Source of the DNA: Amphiscolops sp. MND2022
Taxonomy: Eukaryota
NCBI GenBank assembly: GCA_964187785.1
Contig: OZ076413.1
Span: forward strand, 44,268,001-44,332,000
Reading direction: 5' to 3'
DNA: 64,000 bases
Shown: piece by piece, positions 13,690 to 26,085 of the stretch
Position numbering within the stretch: position 1 is the first letter of the stretch
Layout: each line of letters starts with the position of its first letter
The notes under the pieces: model-generated
Database searches by the model: none
Seen by the model: only the letters and a program-made list of their open reading frames with translations
What the model was told of the DNA's origin: nothing
Made by a program: the position numbers and the translations under genes

Positions 13690-14450
13690 GCGTCACACAT
13701 TGATTGATCTCACTTGAAATTGGCCTGGAAGAGAGGTCATTGACCTTCTTCTTTTGTGAATCCAGTTCTTCGCCTTGCATGAGTTTGAGGATCTATCGAT
13801 TTTGTTGAATGTTGAATGATCATAAAACTTCTTATTGGTACTATACCATCGTCCTTCTAATTTGGTTGCCAGATCTTGGAAGAGATGGTTCAATACATCT
13901 TCGGCTTCACAAGGGTATTTCGTAATGAAAGGTTGTTGGTGTGTGACATATGCTGAACTTTTGCAGGTTGATTAGTGGTGAGATTCTCCGAAGACGCAAA
14001 ACCTGTGCTAGCTGTGACGGCAATCTGGCACCAATGGGTGTTGGTGATCAGGACATATCTTTGATTGTCTCTGATTTCAACTAACTGGAAAAATCAGCAA
14101 GTGTTATCTGCTAAAACTTTGGATAGTTGTAGTTTCCATCAATTTGTTTCTGAACTTCGAATCGGTGGGCTTCAAGAAGTGTGATGTCAGGACCGCGGAC
14201 AATAGCTATTATTGGCTACGTCTAAGGTAACGCTGCTTTTCCCTAAAAAAAACGAAATTTCAATGGGGAGTGTACCATCTCAATTATTTTCCCGTCAATT
14301 AAGATTCGCGACAGTTTTTATTTTCGATCTGACACAATGTTTCCTGTTAGCAAGTTTGACTTTCATGCTGGGAGCAACGTCTCTGGGTGGGACGCGTTCA
14401 TTCGCCGTAGTACCTCTACTGAGATTGCGCTTTGCGTGATTTTGATTTCT
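13690..14450 (-). mobile_element. Probable gag-like remnant (family A, copy 2)
   Basis: ITKYPCEAEDVLNHLFQDL; ttggaagagatggttcaatacatc is shared with 8556-8580. Confidence 0.45.
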
Positions 14451-15341
14451 ATATCGAGGCGGCCATCGGGTTTTTAGCTCGGAAACCGAAGAGGCACGTA
14501 AAACATATATTTTGCATTGAATACTGTTGAATTGAAATTGATACTATGTCTATGACAGCATGGAAGTTACCAACAATTTACTATATACCGGAGAGAAAAA
14601 AGGTGTGTATGTAACAGCATAAAAGTTTGCATCATGTGACAAATGTTAAAACCTGAACAGAGGCGATATTAATGACAGTATAAAGGAATTAGCTTGTGAT
14701 ACATTTTCTTCTTTCTTCATTACGGTTGACTGTGTTAGTTGCCGAGGCCATGCTTCGGGCATGACAATAACTAAAGAGGACAATGTGTGTCTATGCAATT
14801 TTTATTGGGTTATTTTATTCCATGAAAAGTTCAATTTTTCCGCTTAAACGTTTTTTCAGGCCCAGGTCCTTCGGTCAATAATGTATTTGGCAGTGACAAG
14901 TATGAAGATTTTTCAATACACTGGAGGTGGACCTATCAAATGGGCCGAAAGTTTGAATGGAATAGGGAGAGGGCCGGGTGTTCTTCTTTGGTTTTTTAAA
15001 TTGGAACTTCTTTATAATCAATTTACTTTTCTGTATGTGAACTCTTGTTCTCATTTTGTTTTTTTTTAATGTTGACCCTTAAGCGAAGGAGTCCATTTTT
15101 TAATGAGCTTGCAAGCGGAAGCTGCGCGGAAATTTTCCTACTTGGTCAAAAGGAAAGAGGTTAAATCATTTAACTGTTTCTGGGTCTCCGAATACTACGG
15201 GACTTTCTCAGTATTTCGGCTGTGAATGAGTAGCACATCTTATTTTCAGTCGGCTTTTTTCGTAGAAAAGAACCAATTGTAGCAGTGGCTTTTTTCTAAA
15301 GGCAATTCTCAAAGTTAGTACATTCAAGCTAATTGCACTAC

Positions 15342-15425
15342 CACTTGACCCCAGTGGTTAATGCGGATTTCCTGTTCGAGTTGCGTGGAATCGAATCTCG
15401 TACTAAACCAAAGTTTTATGCTTGA
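15342..15425 (+). repeat. tRNA-derived (SINE-like) repeat head
   Basis: A-box-like tgaccccagtggttaa and B-box-like ggaatcgaatct; homologous to minus-strand copies at 48285-48345 and 49485-49595. Confidence 0.5.
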
Positions 15426-15849
15426 ATTTTTTGTTTTTTGAGGTTTTCTGTAAAATATCAAGGGTAACCTATTTGATTATTTTGCTACTGTGAATCGGAT
15501 GAGAGTTTCGCAATAATTTTGCAATGCGACTTTTCTTTGAACAACATAATGTTTTCTACCTGAAAAAAAAACGTTTAGCGGGCCTAAAGAGATCATGAGA
15601 CTTTATTTTAAAGAAAACGTTTTTTGATAAAAAATTATATTTTAAAAAATAATCAATTTTTTAATGCTTCCAGTAGGGAAAATCAATTTTTTATTGTTAT
15701 GCCCCCCTCGGGCATTTTCCGGCACTGTAATTTGATTCTCTCTGTAGTGTCTCTTTGCATATATACAGAACTTGATTTTTTGCGGGGCGCAAACGATCAT
15801 CCTTACAATCATCGAGCGAGTATTGACTGTGTATTGACTCCATTTGTAG

Positions 15850-15950
15850 CGAGTATTGACTCCATTTGTGTCCAAGTGAACCTTTCTGAACTTTCCAATA
15901 GGATTTGTTTTGAGATGTCAATCCAAATTTGGATTGTTTAAAAGCCAAAA
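15850..15950 (+). repeat. Dispersed repeat (second copy ~18625-18730)
   Basis: gcgagtattgactccatttgtgtcc...gatgtcaatccaaatttggattgtttaaaa matches gcgagcattgacttcctttctgtcc...catgtcaatctaaatttggactgttcaaaa. Confidence 0.6.
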
Positions 15951-17232
15951 TGCGGAAACTTTGGAACTGTTATTTACAAATAAAGTAAATACATGAGAAA
16001 GATGAGTTAAGTTCGCTCTTCTCTACATTTTACGTAAAGTCAGTTTGGAATTCGGTTCCAGGGAAATTCACAACTTTTCGATCCTTATTAACTGAACTGT
16101 ACAATGTAATATCCTTATACTGTGTCTCTTCCAATTCGTTCCTGAACATCAAAAGAATAGAAAACAAAACAAAAATAGTCAATGTAGTTCTTATAATAGG
16201 TTATATAAGTTATAATACCATTGGCACACCTTCTGAGCGTTGTTAGACAAAGAAGATTAATAACTAATCTTGGAAAAAAAATAATATATTAAGTAGAATT
16301 TTAAGGCGGATCTTAGAAGCTTACGTCCTTGTAGGTTCTCTGTTTACCCCCGAAAACTAATTATTTTGGGAGAGGTTGCGAATCCTTAAGTATCCAAAAA
16401 CAGGACAAACAGATGAAAATCAAACAGGAAATGCCTGCCAGGCAGTACATGAAGGAATTCAGACGTTATCCGACATGAAAGCACTTTTTGAAAAACAAAT
16501 TGATTCATCAGTCCGACAATTCAATTGCTGACGCTTATATAATGTGTGGGCGTTGAAAACTTCTAAGAGTTGCTTAACTTTTGATAGAGGCACAAATTTT
16601 GACACATCAGAATAGGCATTTATTCATTTGAAAGCATCTATAGATCATAAGAACATAATATAACTTTCCATTCGATAAGGACAACTTCAAATGAATTGTC
16701 AGTTCGTCTAGATTTTGACAAAAAGACCCCATTTGCAGAGGAAATGAAGAAAAACAACAACTCAAGCATGCTCGGCATTCAAACACTATTTTTATATAAA
16801 ATAGTTTATAAAATATAAAATTCAATCAATAGTCTGTTATCTGCTTCATATATTTTGCTCATCGTTATTACCATCTTCACTTGCTGTGACGATATTCTTG
16901 GAACGTTAAGCGGGGTTAAATTGAATGTTACCCTCAAAATCAGTACATACATTGATTCGTTTCAGTAGAAAACATTTCAACATCTGAGGATTTGATCGGA
17001 CATTTCCTTCTGCAATTGTCTGCAAACTTTTTCAGCAATTCCATTACGAACATTCCATGTTCTAATAAAAATTCGTTTGAAGTTATTATGTCTCGAAAAT
17101 TTTTACATTTTTCACGGATACTATTTTAAGTTCAGCTTTCGTTCGAACGTAAAGCCTTATTTAAGCCTTTCGTTCGAACGTAAACGCAGGTAGATATGCT
17201 CGAAAGAAGACAGTTTTTCTGGAAAATTAAGC

Positions 17233-17325
17233 ATTCTTTCATCAACAAACCTACAAAAAAGTTTTTGTTGAGCTATCACTGATAGCTCAACAAAAACTTT
17301 TTTGTAGGTTTGTTGATGAAAGAAT
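17233..17325. repeat. Perfect palindrome with 46-bp arms and a 1-nt spacer
   Basis: attctttcatcaacaaacctacaaaaaagtttttgttgagctatca-c-tgatagctcaacaaaaacttttttgtaggtttgttgatgaaagaat; the arms are exact reverse complements. Confidence 0.95.
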
Positions 17326-17333
17326 AGCTGACA

Positions 17334-17905
17334 AACCAACATAGCTGACAAAACCACTTCTACCAGATACTGGTTAAGTTGTTATAAGACCTAAATCTGA
17401 ACTTTGGAAAGTTTTTTGTAGGTTTGTTGATGACTCATTAGCCGGGAGAGTTACAAAATGTTACAACTTTTTAATGAAAAACGATCTATTGCCTAGTTTC
17501 GGAAACAATATTGACAAAATAATGTTAAAAAAGTTCATAATGAATTTCAAAGAACTGTACATCCTTGACAGTGAAACAACTTTTAACCTCATTTTTGGTT
17601 AAAGTTCCAGAATTCCTAGTATATTCCTTTATTGGAGCTGACAACTCTTTTTTTGTTTTTGGGGGCGTATACCCTAGAGCTGTAAAGCTCCTTTCTGCGT
17701 CCCGGTCAGATATGTGTTCCTCATATGAATAAATATAAATTGTTTTGTGTTTTTAGTTCATACCATATTTATCTGACCAAATCAATTCAAATATTCAAAG
17801 AAGGAAATTTCCAGGAGGGCTAGTCTACTTTCCAAAGTTCAGATTTAGGTCTTATTACAACTTAACCGGTATCTGGTAGAAGTGGTTTTGTCAGCTATGT
17901 TGGTT
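17334..17905. repeat. Inverted repeat pair (79-bp arms at 17334-17412 and 17827-17905); MITE or foldback-like
   Basis: The arms are reverse complements with 2 mismatches and are ~415 bp apart. Confidence 0.85.
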
Positions 17906-18971
17906 GACGTGGTCATGCTTCAGGCATGACAATAACTAAGCAGACCAAAGTGTCACCTTTTCGGGACGTGAAGATTTTCACTTAAAAACGAGTCTCTTTT
18001 CTGTCCAAAGTGTTGCCCATTTTTTACTGCACTCAGCAATTGCTACAAATTTTTTCATTCCACAAAAGGAGTGCGGTTTTATTTTTGAAGTTTTCAGTAA
18101 ACGATTCTTTTACAAGACAATGTGTCCTTCGGTCGATATTGTGTTCGGCAATGTGAGACGTATAGGTTTTTGAATACACAGCAAGTGGTCCAAACAAACT
18201 AGCTGAATACTTAAAAAGTATATTTCGAAGGCTGATTGGCACAATATCACAATGGTTGCATGGCTATGGGTTCCGACCCTGCACTGTATTTTCCCTGTAC
18301 TTGGTCGAACTGAGGGAAATTAAACCATTTAACCGGTTCTGGATTTCTTCTTTACACGAGTAATAAAGCGAACGCATTTAAAGTTTGAAAAATGTAGAAT
18401 AGTTATTGATTTAATTGGGTATTCGTATCAGTTATCTCAATAAATACATTTTGATAATTTACATAATTTTTTACATAATTTTACATAATTTTACTCAAAG
18501 CTCTCATGGTTCTCGCCCCAGAGAACCAACATTGAAACATTTAATTCATCAACTTTTCACCTTTAGAATTTATTTTACCTGTGACAATTGTACTTTTGAA
18601 ACTATACCCTCATTCCAAACGCGCAGCGAGCATTGACTTCCTTTCTGTCCATTTGAACAATTCTGGTCATTCCAAGATGATTCATTCTGACATGTCAATC
18701 TAAATTTGGACTGTTCAAAAACCCCAAAAAGAAGAAATGTTGAAATTGTCTACAGTATAATTACCAAGAAAGCAGTTAGATACAGAACAAAAGAATTTCA
18801 ACTGCAATGGACTACTACGTCAAACATTGGTTTCAATATGTGATGGAGACTTTGGTGACCCAAAATCATCTTAGTGGACTATTATGAATGTATGGTAATT
18901 TGTTACTATTAGAATCCGGGAACGGCCCAATTCGGTGCCCGCTCAAGGTTCAAAAAGAGCTAAGTGTTTGA

Positions 18972-19182
18972 TGTTGTATTCTGGACTTTTGAGATAAAAT
19001 AGTTTTCTAAACTAGTTTCTTTCTATATCGTACGTATAGTATTGTATCAAAACATAAAGTGATATAACAGAGTTTTATATCGAATGTATATTGTTAGTAA
19101 AAATGGCAGGTAATTGTCTACGACCGAAGCTCGGTAGAGATTAAATGTCTACTCCGGTATTTGACGGTTGAACCGTATAACG
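18972..19182 (-). repeat. 3' LTR of the Gypsy element
   Basis: Direct repeat of 24085-24282 with a ~13-bp indel. Confidence 0.9.
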
Positions 19183-22100
19183 TTTCCTCTTCTCTCTCGG
19201 GCTTCTTTAGAGATGTGATGAGGGGCCAGGTGGTGTCATGTTGCCCGCGAGAAAGTCCTGCGGTTTTTGCACCAGCTCCGACAGTGGTTGTGGGTTGCCC
19301 TTTGTGTGGCTCCAAATTGGTCCTGTAACGAAAATGTTTTAGTCACATAGAAAAGTTTCCTTGGTATGGTACACTACCGTATCTATTCGGTTTATTCATG
19401 TTTCAGTTTGACCGTCTGATACTAAGTTTTGAATTCTCACCCTGCGGTATTTCACTGCGGGAGTCATTCTTGGGATCAGTCACGATCGGTTCGTATCGCC
19501 CGTCTCTCTCTGACGTGTCATACACTAATCCGGTTTCCTCAGGTATCTCCATTACGATACAAATAGCGCAAAAGTGGAATTTATTATCAAGTGTAAAGTA
19601 AATTTTCCGTCAAACGAGAGCGAACCGTATCCTAGTGAAACAGCGCAGTGTGTTCATTGCACATTTTGATGCACAGTGTAATCAAAAATTGCGGATTGTG
19701 ATCATTGAGCGTAATTAGAGAAAAGCGGAAACCAGTCAAGAATTTTCAACCTTTTCAAGTCGGTTAATTCCATTTCGTGAATAAAGTGTAAATTAGTCAA
19801 TCTTCGACTAGAATTCAATTTTGGAGCACTTAGAAATTTCATTCAAAAAAAAACGAGGAAAGCAGTCAAAGTCTGACTACTTTACACCAAACAAACGATA
19901 CATCCTATTGCTTTCTTGTTTAACAAAAACGCTTCACATTGTAATTGTAGTCGGTAATTATTTTGACTGTTTTACACTTTTCACTTTGACTGGTTTACAT
20001 GTACACTAATTTGACTACTTTACATATTGAATACTATTCATAAAATAATCACTTACATATGTATTGTATTTTGTTCAACAGCAGGTGTATATTTGACAAT
20101 TTACAAAATATATGTAAGTGTTTCTAATAGCCAAAAGGTTTATTTATAAGTTCAATAGACTGGGTAGTCTTCTTCATTGTCATCATCCTCATCGTCTTCC
20201 GAATCTGTCTCGGTGCGCTTTAAGTTTTGGACTATTCGGAGTTTCCCGTTGAGTATATCACGCAGAATCTCGTCCCACTGCCTGCATTTGCCGTCTAGTC
20301 TTCTCAGACAAAGATGGTTCTTTGGGGTTATTTCCGCTTATACTGCTGTTACCGTCTCTCTTCGGTGTCTTTTGTCGCTCTGAAACAGAGGTCCTGGAAT
20401 TAATTTTCTGTGTATTACTTTTCCCGTATCTGTTCTTATGGAATTTCCGGCACCGTTTATTGCGGTTCGTATTTTTGATTGAAATCTCCCTTCTAGGGAT
20501 TTTCGGTTGTGTCTCTTTTCAACAAAGTTGAAAGGATATCTAACCGGTAATTTCTTCTTCGGTGATTTGGTCTCCAAAGCCAGTTGCGGTTCTTCGGTCT
20601 TTGAGCGGGCCATTACCATATGATTGGTGAATTCTCCTAAGGCGCCCTTCCGACATATTTTGGTCTTTTTGGCTTGTTAGGTGCTAAAGTGGACAGTTCT
20701 GACCAATCTGGTAAGAAAGATTTTCCGTCTTTTATTTTGTTTGTTAGTTCTGTTCTCGGTTTTCTACCGTGGTGTAGTTCGAATGGCGTTTTTTTCAGTC
20801 CCGTGTGAATCGCATTACTTATAGTGCTCGGTTTACACTTTGGGTTAAATTATTTCCGTCTTGCATATTTGCCAAAAGTAAATTTTTCCTAGTTTCTATC
20901 GCTCTTTCTACTGTACCGTTTCCGGTATGCATTCGTGGTGGGCAGTATTAAATTTCTATATTCCGGGATTTACAAAATTCATTGTATTCCGACGATACAA
21001 ATGCCCCTTCTGTGGGATTTTATTTTTTCGGGGATTCCGTATAATGTAAAATGATTTGTCAGGAAATTTATAACTTCTTTTAATTCGGCTGTTTTACAAA
21101 GGTTCGCTGTCGGCTATTTGCTAAAGCGACCTATTGCTATTATTATTAGACATTCTCCATTTAAATTTTTTTGTGTAACTTTCCGGTAAAATCTACTTGA
21201 AGTTCCTGTACCGGTTCAGTTAGTTTTTTTTATCTTCCCGTGTTTTTTGGAATTTGGTATTTAAGGTTCTTACCTGTAGCGAGGCATGCAGTACAGTCTC
21301 TAACTTTCTGTTTTAGATCCTTCCGCATTTCCGACCACCCAATTATTTTTGCATCCGATAACATCTTTGTTGAGCCGGAGTGACCGAAATGTAGCATGTC
21401 GATCAGTCGTCTTCTCATGTCGAAAGGTACGGCAAGGTGGTTGTCCACGAAGACTAGACAAAACCGGATTGATGATTTGTCAAAAACCGGATCATATCGT
21501 TCCGGCGACGTATCTCTTTCTTCTCTCCGCATGCTCGCTCGGACTCTTGTCATCTCCTGATCGTTTGCCGTTTTTGAAATAAGAGGTTTCAAGTCCAATA
21601 TAAAAGTGAATTCTGCATTCTTTATGTTGTCTTCGGCTAGCTTTTTGTTCTCTGTTAGTTTGCCCACTATTTTATCAATTTGTAAATAGTGGGCTTGTTT
21701 TCCGTCGATGTGGTACCTGCTCAAATCGACAATCGGTAAGTTGTCGTCCCGCAAGATCACACTGTCTTCTTCGGTGTCCACCGTATTTAGATTGGCTTGC
21801 ACTTCTCGTTCTTTCGGAGCATCCGGTTCTTCTTCTTCTTCAATAACTACTATCGGTTGGAAGGCTCCGCCTATCCGGTTCGCACTGTATGTTATTTCTG
21901 CGTCGATTTCCGCAAATTCTTCCCGGCTTCTCTTATTTAGCTGTGACGGTGCAATTATAGCTTCGCGTGATTGTGGATCGTATCTTCTCCGCATAGTTCC
22001 CGTTCTAGCGAGCGTTTCTCTCCTTCTCACCAATCTTCTGGTCTCCGGGCTTTCGTTTCTTCTCCGGATAATTTCCATTATCTCCACGGGAGGCTCCCCA

Positions 22101-24084
22101 GTGGTATAGGTTTTTTCGGTTCATTTCTCCTTCAGTAATAGTAGTTTTTGGATTTGAACTGCTTTTCATGGTGCAGTACCGGACTGCCCGGATGTATTAT
22201 TTTCATTTGTGTTGATTTCGTTCAGGTGGTTTTAGTTCTGAATATTCTATTTGTTTGTGTTCGGTTCTTCTTTTGCTCATTTTCATTTCGGATTTGCTTT
22301 TGTTGCTTTTCGGTCTCTTCTGTTCTTAAATTTGATTGGCTGTCGAAGAGCGAAACATAATTTGCCTTCAATGCAGCGTGTTCAGTGAGGATGTTAATTA
22401 CATGTTCTTCGTCGTATTTTTCTTCTACCGCGGCTCGCGATTCTGATTGATGCTGAGATAATCGGTGAAATTTAATTTACTGCCTTCGATATGTTGAACT
22501 GCAATGTCAAAATGTGCCAATCTGTCCAACCACCGAGTTACCCTTGCGCTGTATTGGTTGCTTCGGTTGCGTTTTATTAATGGTTCTAAGGCTTGATGAT
22601 CTGTGTAAAAATGTAATTTCTTTCCGTAAATGTACAATCTGAATTTTTCCGAAGTCCAAACTACTGCTAATTCTAGTTCACCGATAGAATAATTCTTTTC
22701 GGTATTGTTCAAATATCTACTACCAAATGCGATCTGCTCTATGTCTCTGCTGTCTTGTTTTTGCCAAAAAGTCATTCCGAGTCCGGCTTCATTTGCGTTT
22801 TCCCTAAATTTCGCATAATGTCACAAGCGCGGTTTTTCGGTTAACACCCGGTTTATTTGCAAAAAATCTTCTTGATATTTTGCCCATTTCCATGGTAAAT
22901 TTTTCATCAGTAGTCTTCTGAGTCTACCGGTTTTTTCCGAAAGCTTCCGTAGGAATTTTTCGAGGTATTGTATTGCTCCGAGTAATGGTCTTCAGTTCCT
23001 TTGCGTTGTTCGGCGGCTTCACTTTCAATATTGCTTCCACTTTTTCTTCTTCAGTTTTATTCCGTTCTCATCGATTTCATGTCCCAGCCAATTTGTATGT
23101 TTCATGAAGAATTCCGATTTTCTTTTACTTGCTCGTTAACCGGCTTTATGTTCGGTCTATTTTTTCTTGGAATTATGTGAGTATATCGGCCAATCCGTAA
23201 AACCTTTCTTTAAATAGATAATATCCGCTACACTTTGCCCCGGTAATTGCGAATACGCACTATCGGCTTGTTCCTTTTGATGATTTCATTTGCCCGTATG
23301 CGTAATTTGAATCAATTTTGAAATGAACAGTTGGGTTTTTCGAACTCGGGTAATTTCTACCGATATTTGATTCAATCATTCCTCCATGTTCGGCATGTGT
23401 TGTCTCCGCTTTATACAGCTATCATATAAATTTCAGGAGTAGAGTGCTATTTTTACCGATTTTGTGTTTTGTCGTATGTGTTTTGTTTTATCAATTCAAT
23501 TGCTTTCTTCATTTCAAGGGTTTTTTCCTACATCATCTTGTCCCATAATTTTGTATCGGTAATCGCCGTCATATATTTTGAAATCAATAGTTCTTCGGCT
23601 GATATGATGTTAAAGTTACATTCTTTCTCAATTTCGATTAGCCTTCTCCAAAACTCTTCCAGTGTCTCATTTTTCAGATATTCGGCCCAGAAGAAGTCAC
23701 CTCGGTTGTGGTAGGTATTGCGTTTTGGTAAGTAGTGTTCGGTATAAAACCGAATTAGGTCTTTTATTTTTATACTATCCGGTTCCATTTTTTATTCGGC
23801 TCGGGTTATTCGGCAGAGGGCATCTGGTCCCACTCCGCAAATAAAATCTTCTTGAACTGCTGTTTCTTTCCCGGTCCATTCAGTGTCCGTAATATCTTCT
23901 CCTTTCAATAATGGTGTAATGTCGATTTTATGTTCGCGGGAAAAAACTGCCGGAATCTTTCTAACCAATGTCTCGGTGTAAATATTGGGTTTCGGTCTGA
24001 TGCTTCCGCTTCTAGGTTCGGTACGATGTCAAGGTTTCGGTTTAAGAAATTCCGGTTTGATTCAAAATTTTGCTGACTGGGCCA

Positions 24085-24282
24085 TGTTGTTTTCTGGACT
24101 TTTGAGATAAAATAGTTTGTTTCTATATTGAACGTATAGTTTTGTATCAAAACATAAAATTATGTAACAGAGTTTTATATTGAATGTCTATTGTTAGTAA
24201 ATATGGCAGATATTGCTCTATGACCGAAACTCGATAGAGGTTAAATGTCTACTCCGGTAATTGACGATTGAAACCTATAACA
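24085..24282 (-). repeat. 5' LTR of the Gypsy element
   Basis: Direct repeat of 18972-19182, followed on the minus strand by a TGG-starting PBS-like sequence. Confidence 0.9.
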
Positions 24283-26085
24283 TTTGAAATATTCAAGGAT
24301 CAATTAAAGTTAAACTTTCCAATTATCATACAGTGCCGAAAGATACCCGAAGCAGTACCCTTGAAACTCGAAAACAGCTTTTTTTTGAACATGAAACATC
24401 AAGCAAAAAAAGTGTCACAAAATGTCGTAAAGTGGTTTTGAAAACAGGTTGTTTTAAATTCAGGTTCTCGTTTTTGTTTCAATACGGTCCGTACGATACA
24501 GTATGTTTATTCAAAATAGTAGTTGACACCAGTTAAAATAGAAGTCTATTATGTAAGAGTTTATTTGGGTTCTTTCCACAGTCATCGGTAACGCGTATTG
24601 GAAGTTTCCATTCTTCGGTGATATATAATCGAACCTCGGAACCAATCAACTTATAATAGCTTCTTCTGTAGCGAACGGTAGTTGTTTACCGAACAACAAC
24701 AAGTGACGATGACGTCACCACACAAAGCAAATCGCATAGTGCCGAAATCCCCAAAGAAAAATCTTAAAGGCACGTGAATGCTTTTCCCAAACCTGTGGTT
24801 CTTGTCCCTTTTCTCATTTCAGCAGAAATCTTCTGTTAAACGGCACTGTTGGAACTCTTTTAACCTTCCTACAGTGGTGGTTTCCTTGGAAGTTTTATTA
24901 TAGTTTCAACAATAATAATCGCATCGGTTCCTCTACTATGAAACAATATAGTATCAGTTGACGACGCCGGATGCTAGTTGAACATCCACAAAAAAGTTCA
25001 AGTCCGTCGAAAGTGATGGTGTAAGAATGGCACTGACAAATCACTGTTTATGACTCCCCTAGTGGCAAGCGAGATTTTAAAAGGCAAGGCTGGCAGTCGA
25101 TTCTGCAAGAAAGAAATTGAAACCATCAGGTAACACTTACCGTCGAGTTTTCCGAGAAACAGATTCAAAAATAGGTTATTGCGTTTTCGTTGCTAAATCA
25201 AGGGGCTCCCACACAATGTGAAAACGAGTTTCCAGCTTCAATAAATCACAATTGATAATTTTTGACACAATAAACAAGTAATTCAATGTTTACTATTCAA
25301 AACGACCATATTTAAAGCGTGTATACGTCACTGAGATAGGCAAAATATTTGCTCGTCTACTTTCAGTCTATTTGTTGATTATGGAAATTCCGTTTCAATA
25401 AAAAACAGCTTTATTTTCAAAACAAAAATTAAAGTACAAGGTTTTGACAATATTGACTTTTTCAGACAAACTAAGGGAGACAACAAAAATGAGCTTTTAT
25501 CAAATTTTGGTGAAATAGAACTGTAAAGGTCGATAAAAAAGTTAATTGTTCTTATTGATCACTTTGTAGTCGTAATGTTTGTTTTATGAAAAGTCGATTT
25601 TTAGATACATGAACAAAACGTGATTGGATTTTTCTATCACACGAACAAATCGTCTATTCAAATACCGATGATATCAAAAGTCCACCACTGCCTAATAAAA
25701 AATATGGTTTTAGGCTTTCTCGAATTCCTAGACCAAGAAATTGTTTTCGAGTTATCCGATAGATCAAAAATTTCAGGAAAGCAGATGCTAATTTGAATAA
25801 TAATTAGATATTGTAGAACTGAAGGGCGAATATTCAACCTTGATGTTAACAGTTGAGAGCATGTGAAACATTTCAAGAGCCGTCTCATCTGAACTAGCGA
25901 AACTACATAACTTCTCTACAATGTGTAAACATTGTTACACAATGGAAGTAAAATTGAACGTTAGCGCATGATGATGGAAATCAGTGTTTTGTAAATACAT
26001 CCTTTTCGAGAAGATCAAACTTCAAATAGTCAATGATCGAAATGCTATGATATTTTTATTTATCGACTATGATGAACCATGCCAC

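Larger units (their letters stand above)
18972..24282 (-). mobile_element. Decayed, internally deleted Ty3/Gypsy LTR retrotransposon with both LTRs and a 5-bp TSD (TTTGA)
   Basis: LTRs at 18972-19182 and 24085-24282 (~85-90% identical, TG...CA); TTTGA at 18967-18971 and 24283-24287; TGG-starting PBS next to 24084; polypurine tract (PPT) gagagagaagagg at ~19185-19198. Gag 23528-23788, RNase H 22425-22775 (IAFGSRYL, YTDHQAL), integrase HFGHSG...CTAC at 21230-21400. Confidence 0.92.

Noticed and set aside
16960-17095. RIFIRTWNVRNG resembling the N-terminus of a LINE AP endonuclease
   Set aside because: Only one short motif in a ~40-codon frame; no other endonuclease or RT motifs nearby.
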